64,000 bases of DNA, taken from positions 3,534,001 to 3,598,000 of the forward strand of contig OU015566.1 of NCBI GenBank assembly GCA_907165135.1, read 5' to 3'. Below are positions 24,901 through 36,900 of this stretch, piece after piece. The stretch is from Oikopleura dioica. Taxonomy: Eukaryota > Animalia > Chordata. The translations under genes were made by a program, and so were the position numbers. Numbering within the stretch: position 1 is the stretch's first letter; each line of letters begins with the position of its first letter. A model generated the notes under the pieces. It saw nothing but the letters and a program-made list of their open reading frames with translations, was not told where the DNA came from and did not search any database.

Positions 24901-27900
24901 GCACCTGTCTAATTATTATACAAGGATGATCAATCTCGCTCAAAATGGCGATTAATTTTGATTAGCTCGTGAAGGTCGCCATTCTCATCCCTCTGCTGGG
25001 AATTGCGACACAGCTGACCTTTTTTGGCCACGCGTCTTACAGTCTTGATCTTACAGTAAGTCTGTCAATATCCACTTCAGAAGATGGCTGAATTAGTAAT
25101 GAACGAGTGTCTTTCCGGGCGATGAATTATTAGCGCAAACTCGTGTCTCAAATCATTTTTCTTTTGCGAACAATTTGCGACAACTCCTTATTTTGCTGTC
25201 CAAATCAGTCATTTTTGGGTCTCCTGAAAACACGGTTTTTGGTTATTTTTGATTGAAGAAACATCTGCTCCTTTCCGCTCTATTTTAAGGGTGTTAGGTA
25301 TGTTAGAAACTTTCTATGATCTTTCAAGATTAATTTTTTACTGAGTGACACCCTTAATTTTTATCAAAAGAGGGTATTATTCTATTGAGTTTATCATGAT
25401 GAGAGCCTTAATTTTAGGGATTTCACCCTTATTTGATTAAAAATAAGGGTGTCAATCAATGGAAAATTCACCCTTAAAATTAAGGCTCTCATCGTGATAA
25501 ACTCGAAAAATCACATCTTCCACTAAGATAATAAAAGAGGGGAATAATTGTTTACATTTAACCCAAAACAACCGGTTCCTATAATTCTCGGTTGTATAAT
25601 TTTTACCACTTTCGTATTCCTCCTCATTCATTTCCCAGGCTTTTCCTTTTCAGCCACCATAAAATTCGCCCTAAAAAGATGCCCACGTGAGACAATAAAA
25701 AAAAGGGTTTCCGCTCGATTGCGCTGAACGGAATTGATTCCTCCAGCTAAGAATAACATTTCCGGAAGAAGAGTGAGTGTTAAGCCACTCTTGGCCGCGA
25801 AAAGAAGAGTTTTCCCAGCTTTTGAAAGGAAAGAAAAAAGACAATGGGGTTGAAATGGAGCTTGAAAAGGGGGATTTGGACGACAGATGGGAGGGATTAG
25901 GATCAATTTCTTGCTCTTTTCGGAAGAATTTTTGATAGAAAATAATATATTTTTATTGGCTGTAAGTTTTTTTCGAGCATTTGAAGAAGATTTTCAACAT
26001 TTTGTCATCTAATAAAATCCTTAAAAATCATTGAAAAACTAAAATTCTGGTGTTTCGAATCAAAAAATAAAAACATTGAAAAATGCACTGGAAATTTTAA
26101 GCAGGAAGGAAATATTCCGTTTAACCCCTTTTCTGCATATTTAACCGGTTATGCGAAAAAAAGAGCCAGAATCTCTTACCCCGTTTACTGTTTGACTAAG
26201 TGCGCGAGGCTTACTTTTGCTCACATAACCACTCTTTTTTCGCTGAAACTCCGAAATTCAGAAAATCACGTGAAAAAAAGCGCCGTGAATATATTTTTTT
26301 TCGAAAGACCATCCCCAGCTGGGTGATCGATTGAAAACTCGGTGGGAGAGGATACTTGAATCGAATTTTGTCGAAATTTAAATGCGCCTAAGCCGAAGGC
26401 CCACGACAGGGGCAATCGCCAGGGGATGATCCAGTGTCATCAGAGGATTACTCAATTTCAATTTCAACCCTTCTTTTTTTGCTAATTTTATTGATTTGCC
26501 CTTTTCTTTGCCTATTCAAATTGAGTTTTTCTCAAGGTCAAGTCTTGACAGAAAAACATTTCTATTTATTAATTGGTCCTAAGGGTGTCATCGTCAATTT
26601 TGATAAATCTTTAAAGGAGTTGATACCCTTAAGAAAGATCCAAAGCAGTTTTAAAGTCAAAAGTCATATTTTCTTCATTCATGAATTTAAGGGCGTCACT
26701 ATCATATTCGATCAAATTTTTAATGATGTGATACCCTTAATCGAAGTGTAAGAGTTTTAAAAGAACAGGATTATTAATGATTTAGAGAGAAAAAAAGCAT
26801 TGTTTTCCGGATTTTTTTGATTAAAATTTCGAACCGCGAAATCGTTGTTCTCGTCGAATACATATCAGCTCATCCCATTTCTCTCGAATCGGCGGGCGAC
26901 CGCAAACTTTTGTACGCGGGGCAGGAATCTATCACCTGCTGTCTTGAACGGGCTCAGCCCCGGTACACATGTTTAACTTTCTCCGCTAAGAGCATTTACA
27001 TTTATTGAGCGGGCTTCTTATTTCCAGATAAAAGATAAAGAAAACGAGTTCAACTATCTCATTTTCCCTTTCTTTTCAATCTCAAATCGCCTTTCAAAAA
27101 ACACAACGGGAAGGAATTTCTCTAGAATTTCCTCCTTCCCTTTTTTCTTCCCAAAATCTTCCCATGGCCATCTCAAAAATTCCGCCTTCTCCTTCCCTTC
27201 TGTACCTATACATTGAGCTTCTTACCAGTAGTCCAAAAAAAGCAAGTCAAAAATCAAGCCACTCGAAAAACGAGATCTTCTTCTTGATCCAGTAATCGGT
27301 ACCTCTGGCGCTTTCCGCCTTTCATCCCCCCAATTGAAGGGCTTCGAGGAAGCTGGAAACTAAGAGGCGCGAAATTCTTTTTTTGGACGAGCGAGAAATT
27401 CTTGTATTTTCATGCATTTCCGTACTAAGAGGTAGTTTTTGAAAGAGTTCAACAAAGTCATGTTATCCTGACTCTCGGCTCGGCAACCTGTGTAGAAAAC
27501 CTGAGTCAGGGTCTGAAAAATCTTTTATCAAAAGCTGCTTCGGAGACCCTGACTCAGGTTTTCTACACAGGTTGTCGAACCAAGCTATAAATCTGGTATC
27601 CTTAACCTGGGCTCAGAAATCTGTGTAGAAAACCTGAGTCAGAGTCTCCAAAGCAGCTTTTGATAAATGATTTTTCAGACCCTGACTCAGGTTTTCTACA
27701 CAGGTTGCCGAGCACGCCCTAAACATGGTATCCTAAACCTGGGCTCAGAAACCTGTCTAAGAAACATGAGTCAGGGTCTTAAAAATCGTTTATCAAAAGC
27801 CATTTCGAAGACCCTGACTCAGGTTTCCTACGCAGGTTCTCGAGCCCCGCTCTTACCCGCTGAATCAGGAGGGCTAACCCTAACCCTAGAAGTACAGTCA

Positions 27901-30900
27901 ACTGCTAGCAATGATAGCCTACTATCATTTACAGTCATTCGCCGTTTTTGTTGTCTATTTTGAGTTCTGGTTTGAGCTTGTGCCAAGGATCGAAAGCCGT
28001 TCATTTTGCGGTCAATTAGGACCTATTTGACCGCGGTTGTGATCTTATATAAAAGAGAGAGAAGCGCTGCCTTGTTGTCTATATACAGTATGCTTGAATA
28101 TGTAAAACGTGAGCTAAAATGCGGCGAGGCGCGTGTTGACAAATTTTTGGGAAAATTGTTTTGAGTAGTGTGAGATATTCACGAGCAAAATGCTTTACAA
28201 AGGTGCTAATTTACGCGAAACACCGAGCTGTCTTCACGCTTGTCGCAAGAATTCAACACCGGAGGAAGATGTTTCTCCTCTTACTGTATTTTAGAAGGGT
28301 CATTAGATCGGTTAGAAATTCTAGTGACAATTGCCCTTCTTTTGATGGTGCTATTGATGGACTTTCCGGAAAACTGATTGCGCTTGAATTCCTCCAAAGA
28401 AAAGACAATTAATTCGGAAATGTAGTGGGAGATTTGTTTAGCGTAAATAGCGTCCCAATTGAGTGAATTCAGCGTAGATGACGAGAGCTGGGTTTGTTTC
28501 AAAACAGTTCCAATTTTTCGCGTTATCTGGGCGCTTTGCGGCGGCGACCAGACCTAGCCCTAAAAAGAAAAATTGATGATAACACTTTGCAGGGCACTTA
28601 GGGGAGATATTTCAAATGTATATTTTTTCAAGGCGGTTTCCTGGTAACTCCAGGAATCGAGCCAAATTATCCAAATAATTCGTAGCAATTGACTGAAGAA
28701 TCTTTTTAATTTTTATTAAAAAAACGACGAAATAGATGTTTATGCTTTTTTATCTTTTTTGATTCTTCTTTCCGTTTTTAAAATAAACAGGTTAAAACAA
28801 AAAACGAAACAGTACTTTGAAATTCATCTCAAAATATTGCTTCTTCTTCTGCTTAGCAGCTTCATTTTATGACTGTATTTCAGAATGATCAATTTCTCTC
28901 CCCATCCTACTTTTATATCCAGTTTCTTAATTGCTTCCAGCTGAGAGATTCCGAAAACCTTCCGCTTTTTTAATCATGAAATCTGCAGATGAAGCGGTTC
29001 TTCTTCTGATGCTTATCTTTTGCCCCATCAAAAGGCTCTGAAATATAGCCGCGTAGCGGCTTTTCTTCAACCAAAGCCGCGGAGCAGCTTCGCCTCAATA
29101 TCATACTGAGACAATCAAATAAGTTCTACTGAACCAACTTTTAAAATAACGATTATTGGAGCCTGACTCAGGTTTTTAACACTTGTTTACAAACAAGGAT
29201 CAAAAAATTAAGGGTGTCACAATGAAAAATTTGTAAAAAAAAATCATTAAAAAAAATTCTTTATTGATCCTCTAGAAATTGAGAAGCTGTAGTTACTTCT
29301 TCTTGCATAAACTTTTCGAGCCGAAAATAATTACTGAAAATAATCATCGCTTATTTTTGTTATTCCCCGCCGAGATGATTATTTAATGATAATCCTCCGT
29401 TTCCGTCAATTTTACGTTACGTGCGCTGGGAGAAAAAGATTTGTTGTCGGTTGAATCAGGGCGGCTCATAAATCATCGCAAATCGCATTACGCTTTTTGC
29501 ATCATTCCAAATGACGCCCGAATTTTAGAAACGGCATTTTTGACCTCACAGGTGGAAAATTACAAATTGGGATCGAAATCAAGGAGATATAAATTTCATC
29601 GAGTTGCGTTGGTCAAAATAGGGCAAAAAAAAAGTTCAAATATCAAATATTTCCAGGGAAAAATCCCTTTTTTCATTTCATGATTCATTTTCGCTAGAAT
29701 ATTGATTGAAATGGCGGCTGAAAATCAAGAAGCCGCTTGCGGCTTCGAGACTAAAAAAAGTTCTAGCCGCGCGAAGCGCGGCTATTTCTTGTAAATTGAC
29801 TCGAAGCCGCAAGCGGCTTCTCGATTTTAAGCCGCCATTTGGATCAAAATTCTAGCGAACATAGATTTTTAAAATGAAAATCGTGATAATCAATAAAATA
29901 GCATTTCCTCTCAGCAGAAAGAGAGCGCTTTGAAGATGCTCAAATCTGAATAAAACAAAAATATTAAGAAGAGAGCTCAATCAAAATTGATTCAAGTCAA
30001 TTTGATTAGAGAGTGAGTCCTTAAAAATCCTCAACATGTGACGGAGAGCATAAGTGGTTCAGGGACGCGATATCAATTTTTAAAGACAACTTTTTGACTG
30101 ATTTGATTATTAAAGTTAAAAGCACAAAGAGGGGCCGCGGAATAAAAATATATATTTTTCGCGGCCTGAAGAAAAGTGGCCAAAAAAGGGCTCTTGGCTT
30201 TTTTGCTGCTCGTTTTAATGATAAGAGTTTGATAAGTACTGGTCGATTTTCGTTTTAGAAGTGTGTCTAAAGTCAGAAAATTGAAATTATGCGCCCGTTG
30301 GTTATCGCACTCAAGTGACCACAATCAGTTGTAAAATCACAGGAAGCAGGCAATTTGCGGCATCAGCGTACTCCTATATAGATCCACCATTTTACGAAAA
30401 AGGAGACCGCTACGAATTTTTTTCTTATCAAAAAATGGGCAATAATGAAAGCGAAAAATTAACCTCTTGACCTCAACTTTTGATTTATCCAATCCGCTTC
30501 TGGAAAGCCAAGCTTAGCTCAAAAAAGCTAATGTGAATTTGAGACGGCTCAGATCATGAGCCAGGGCGGTTAATTTTTAGCTCGCTCAATTCAATTTGAG
30601 CCAGCTCAAAAAACTTTTCCAGAGCGGGCTCAACTTTAGCTGAACGGGCTCGAAATCAATCTGAGCCAGCTCAAATCATTTTTAAGACCAAGTTGAGCCG
30701 GCTCAGATCAATTTTGAGCCCGCTCAGCTGAATTTGAGCCCGCTTTAGTAAAGTTTTTTTGAGCTCAAGTATATTTGAGTCGGCTGTCAATAATCTGAGC
30801 AAGCTCAAATCATTTTGAGCCGTCTCAGAGTATTTGAGCTTCATTTTTCGTTCTCTTTTGAACATGAATTTTTCGAGTCGAGGCGAAAAATATCGGTAAA

Positions 30901-33900
30901 TTCTTTGGAAGGGATTAGGGGATGATTTGTAAGTGGACATATCATTTTCCAGAGTCTTAACGAGTGGCCGTCCACTCGAGTTCACTTCAAAGGAAAGTTT
31001 GTTTTTGCTCGAGCATCGTTCATCCCTTCTTCGAGGGGCGAAACTTTATCGCACGTCGAGTACCCGATCTAGTGCTCACTAATGGCCAAAAATCCGGCCC
31101 AAATAGAAATTTTAATTTTTTGAAATTTAATTTTCGAAATTTCTTGCAAGGAAAACAACCGAAAACAGCAAGAGCAGCTCAGCAGTTGTGATCTTACTGT
31201 AAATAATTAACACTGTTTGAAAAGCTTAGAGATTACAATGCATAATTGATCGAACTGTCGGACCAGGGTCGACCATTTAGTCAGATTAAAAGCATTACTG
31301 TAGTTAAATATTCACAACTGAATACTAAACTTTTCATCAATTTTTCAACTTGTGACGCGCTGGTCTTACTGTAATTATTTTCCTACTACAATCATTCTAG
31401 CTATTACTGTCAAATAAGCTTGTTTTTTGGACAAAAACACAAAAAAATCAATGGTTTTTACAATTTTAAAACAAGAATTTTGCCATTTTCTTCGATTTTT
31501 CTTCATAAAATTTAAAAAAATTAAAAAATTAAAATAAATATTGAAATTAAATCGCCTTTATACAGTAATTTTGAGAATTTCGGATTTTTCTTTCATAAAA
31601 ATACAAGATTTATCGAATTTTTTTTCTTAAAAAAATATTTTTTTATGGTTTTTTTTTGTTAAATCGCTGAATAAAGATTGATTTGGTGAATTATCAACAT
31701 ATTTTTTATATTTTTATTAATCCAATATTTCAGCTTCGACAATGCGTCGTCATCAAAATCCGGCCTCTCGGTCCGCGTCGGCGAGAAAATGGACATCTAC
31801 TGTCCCCTGGCGCAGCACGCCGAAGTTAACGATCTGCTCTTCATGAAAGTAAGAAAGAAAAATTAATAACGCTCGAGACGAAGTTTTGAAAGAACATTTA
31901 TAATGAAATTAACAGGACAGAAAATCAATGATTGACTTGGCAATTATTGAAAAAGCGCCATATGGGGTCGGTCGTTTTTTGCTATGACGAGTTGGATAGT
32001 TGTGGAGAGGAGATTATTTTGAGATGATCTGTAATAACACTTGTAAAAGAAAGTGGCGAGTTCTCACCAGAAACGCGCTTGGATCATCCCTCCGACTAAG
32101 TGCCACCTTCTACAAGTGAAATTACAATCCAACACCTTCAACTCGAAAATTACAGAAGCGCTTTTTCGTAACGTAGCAGTTTTTTTCACGTTTTTCTCAC
32201 AATATCTAACGTGGAATACAATCATTTTACTGATTGGCGTGAGGAAATGTCCTTTTATCAGCCCTGCCAGTCATTTTTATGTCAAAAAAATATGGTCCGA
32301 GAAAGATTCGATTGAACATAAATACCAGGTAGCAAAAAAAGGATGATTTGTCGCTGTTTACGAATAATTATTTCGTGTTTTTAGGCTCACCATATATCTA
32401 ACTGTATGCATTCTGTCAAGAGAATACTGGTTCTTCTAATTGAGAAAATAAGAGCAAGAAAAATACTAATGAAAATCAACTATTTTTTCAAAAAAATATA
32501 AAAAGTATGATTGAATACCGACCAAAAGCGCTTTTTTGATCAAATATTTTCTAGAAAAAAAACAAGCAAACACCAGAAGCTCCAATGAAAACATACACGT
32601 AGATCATAAAAAATTTGATGACTATTCGGAAAGTAGCCTAAAATAAGCAGCAACTTATATATGCCTAAGATAGCTATATGCCTAACATATTATATATTTT
32701 AAATAAACTTTTAAACTAACCGAAAACCACTGATTCAAAAAAAAATGCAAACGTGAAAAACGGGCGATGCCTGTTTTCCGGCGTAAAAAGGGGATTATTC
32801 ATCAGGGTGGAACATGCACCTGTCCCCTGATTTGGCTTTTGCTGCATGTCGAACGAAAATGCAAACCGAGTTACGCCGCCTCGGAACTACCAACTCAATT
32901 TATTTTTCTTTGAGCGGAATTCAGAATTCGCGAGTTGAATACTAACAACAGCCGCAAAAATTTGCTTTTCTTGTTATTAAGTTTTCGCGAAAAGTAAAAA
33001 AAAGCTTTTTTTACTGTCAAATTTGGACATTTGAAAATTTGCAAAATCGAAAAAATGCAAGTGTTTCTAAAAAGGAGGGATGACCCGCCGAGGGCTTATC
33101 CGGTCGGCGGCACGTTTTTCTGTGTCGTAGACAAACACTCCTTTCCGCAAAACGCTAAATTATGCGCACAGATTAAGGGGGTACAGTTCACGCGTTGATC
33201 GCCTTTTCAAATTTTCAAGAGGTCAAAAGCTTTTTCTTGACATATTCTTTTTCCTTAAGGGGTTAGCCTCTTAAAAAGCTATAAAGTCGACCCTCATTTC
33301 TTTAGAGAAAAACATAGTGACACCCTTATTTTTCCTCTAAAAGTGGTTTGAATCATTTTTAGCATTCTTACAGGAGAAAATAAGGGTATCACCATGATAA
33401 TTTTTTTCATAAATATGCTTTATTTAATGAACTTTTTGATGAGTCTCTTTCAGTAATTATAACAGTAAAAATTCATAAAACGCATAACAAAGCCCAAAAA
33501 GCTCATTCGTTTAAAAATACTTACAAGATGTAGAAATTGATGTCCCGCTATTATTAGAAAAATCTAATTACCCCTCCTCTCGCTCCACCCACGTCACCAT
33601 CTTTTTTTTCAGGTTTTTCTCGTCTCCGCCGAAGATGTCAAATACTGCCGCCAAGTGACCTCTTCTAGCCGCTTGTTTTCCTGTCTGACTCCTGAGCGAG
33701 AACGAAAGCACACGCTACTGTTTCAAGAAATCAACCCGAACCCCTTTTCGCCCGTGTTTTCGCGGGGAAGCGATTACTTCCTTATTTGTAAGTACTTTTC
33801 AAGTGTCTTGTTTGAAAGTTATGCGGGAAGCAGTTGCGCGACTTAGGCAGATCTGGCTAGAGTTTAAGGGTGTTTGGAGGGCTAAGGATATACATTTCAT

Positions 33901-36900
33901 ACATCATATACTCATGGCTTTTGTTGCAAATATTCGAATCAAAAATATCTCTATTATTTGATCAAACTAAGACCGTACTCTCGCAACATAAAACGACTTC
34001 CATGATATTTCATCAAATTATTTTGCCAACTACATAATCGAATAAAAAATGTCTAAAGAGTGTATTTATACGAGCGAGCACGATTTAGAACAGTTGCCTT
34101 TTTCCGAGCAAATAAATCCACCTAGCCGCGCTCAATTACTCGTCCTTTTCTATTCAATTTGGACGGCACAACAGCTCTAGAAAAGGTTACTTTCCCAAAC
34201 GAATTACACGTCGAATTTTGAGCACCTGGGCTTGTTCCGACTGTAAATAAGGGTTTCGAATTTTATTTTCAGTAAAGACGGAGAATGCTTGCAGCTGTAA
34301 ACTCTTTGTTACAGTTAGGGCATTTTCCATACATAGCACGAGAACCTACGCGATATCCAAGGGTTTTTTCTATGCAATTCTTTCCAAATCTGTGTCCGCA
34401 TACTTTCAAACAGCTCTGAATATGGTCGTTTGTATTGTATTCTTCCATGCAAATTGGACAGACGTCTAACTCATGGATTGAAAATGAATTAAGTTTTCCA
34501 CACTTCATTTTCCGAATATCCTCAACTTCTTTCTTCAAATTGATTATTTCGATGCTCAAATTCTTCAATCGTGTCTTTTGTTCTTTCATAACAAGCTCTT
34601 TCATTTTTATTCTTTGAACAAGAGCTTCGTATTTTGACTTCAAAGGTCGCATTTCTTCCTCACACTGTTGCCTTTCTTCTTCTAGCGACACTAGATCTTT
34701 TTGGATCGACTCTATTTCTCGCTCAACGAGGGGCATCTCGCTGTTCTTCGCTTCCACTGCAGTCAATTTATAACTTATTTTTTCTTCTGTTTCCTTTTTA
34801 AAATTTTGAAAATCTTGGTTGATTTTTTCAAAAGTTTTTTCATAAATATCTCCCATCTTTCTCTCAAGAAGGTGCGATTTAAAGAGTGGCCTGCAAAAAA
34901 AAGACTCTAAAATGTAAAAGTTATTGCTTTAAAATGCTTTTGCAAATATATTTTTCACAGTTTTTTTGACTAAAAAACCCGATTTTGACACCTGATTTTA
35001 TATTCTCTGTAATTAACCCTCTGCTACGTAAGGTTCACAAAAAATCCCGCCCGTTTAACCAGTCATTAACCCCTCATGACGCAGCCGCGGGTCTCCCCCG
35101 AAAAAAAGCGCTAGAAGTTGAACTGTGCCTCTCCTCGGAGATGTCATTAGTGAATCCATTTGGGATTCCTCGGAAGTGTCTAAACGACCTTCTCGCGCTC
35201 GGCGATGCTAGAATCGCCAAAACGGAGATTACACGACGCTCGGCAAAGGTCGCGCCCGGATCAGCCGACTCGCCGAGAGCTGTGGCCACAAGCTGCGCGA
35301 ACTTTTGTGTTGGAACACTCTTTCGACTCGAAAAGTACTTTTTTGGGTAACTCGATTTCTGACTCATAATCAAATGCAGCACCAATTTTTGGGAGGTGTC
35401 TGGAACCGACAAAAAATTTCGTCAGATTTTGCGTGGTAATTTTTAACCAATCAGAAGCCTGGACTCAACAAACCGGCCAATCAGAAGCCGAGTAGCCGCC
35501 AACGCAAAATTTGTCGAAATTTTTTGTCGGTTCCAGACACCAACCCCCAATTTTGGGGTTTTCGAGCCTCTTAAAACCTTATTTTGGACCGAATTTTTAT
35601 TTGATTAAAATCAAGATCGAACATCACTCTCACTAAAAAAAATATGCCCCGCGCATGCGTGTAATTATGTTACGCACGTTACAAGAACTTCTCAAGCTCT
35701 ATATCTTGCAAGACGCAAATGAGCAAGCTATTTACCAGCAAGCATGAATATCTCTCGTTTTTCTATATCCACAACAATCGCTGTATTGTGCAAATATCTT
35801 TCGAAATGTAAAGTTAGAAAGTTTTGTCGAAAAATGAAACGATTCTAGCGAAGCGTAATTTCGAATTCGACTGATTTGAGTTGTTTCATCAACAAAGATA
35901 AAAAAAGTAGAAAAAGAAAAAAACTAAAATGATAATTTTTCAATTCTGCATTTTCAATTCATTTGCTATTTGCTATTTGAGTTCATTTGGACATGAGAAC
36001 TCGAAGATAGCGGCAAGGAATGTTCTCAATCAGGGATAAGATAAACAGGGGAAATGAAGAGGGAGGAGGTGTCAATACTCGAGTTGAGCACTTGATGGAA
36101 TTGATCGAGACAAGTGCTCGAGCGGAAATGACAGTTCCGAATCAAGTGCGCGAGTTGCATCGATGACGAGATCTTCTCTCGAAAAAGGGCTGTTGCTTAA
36201 CTTTTTCAATTACAAAATTTTCTCCCTCGCCATTTTTTCCGAAATATTAGTTGGTCATTTCTATTTCGGCGAAATCAATCGCCCTGAATTGTCGTGAATG
36301 CGCGATAGTGCCACCGGGCGGATGGGAAAGACAAATTCGTTTAGCTGCGAGACAAACAAGACCATGTCAAAGATAGCCTTTTAGTTTGACAGTTGCCTCT
36401 TGATCGGCAATTTTACAGCGCTTCCGTGAGCCCCGGTTATGCTCCTTTTTCGTTGAAAAATCGAGGATTCTGATTGGCCAAGAGCCTTTTTTGAGCAATT
36501 TGATTCGTCCGAAAAAAATCATAATAATTTCATTGAATCAAAATTTATTCAATTTTCTAGCGCTATCTGGCTACTCAAAAGAAGACCTGGAGCGGCAATC
36601 CCTCTCATCGTGCGACTCAAAACAGCTCCGGATGAAAATCTCAGTCGGCCTCGACTCAGCAGGTAAGGAACAGCCTGATAAGAAAACCTGCTCCTGCTGT
36701 GCTAAATATTTTTTATCGCTCAACAAGCAGGCGCGATTAAGCCACATCAACTCGTTCAACTAACCGAAGGAGTTGTGTTGATGGTTTTTGAAAATAACGC
36801 ATAACGCGACTGTTGCTCACGTTTTTTCGAAAAAAATTTTCCAAAATCATGAAATCTCATTATTTCGAAATTCAACCAAAAAAGCATTTTTTCGATTCTT

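Noticed and set aside
27470-27845. Repeat-spacer-like array as CRISPR
   Set aside because: Repeats alternate in orientation, spacers are related to each other, and there are no cas genes.
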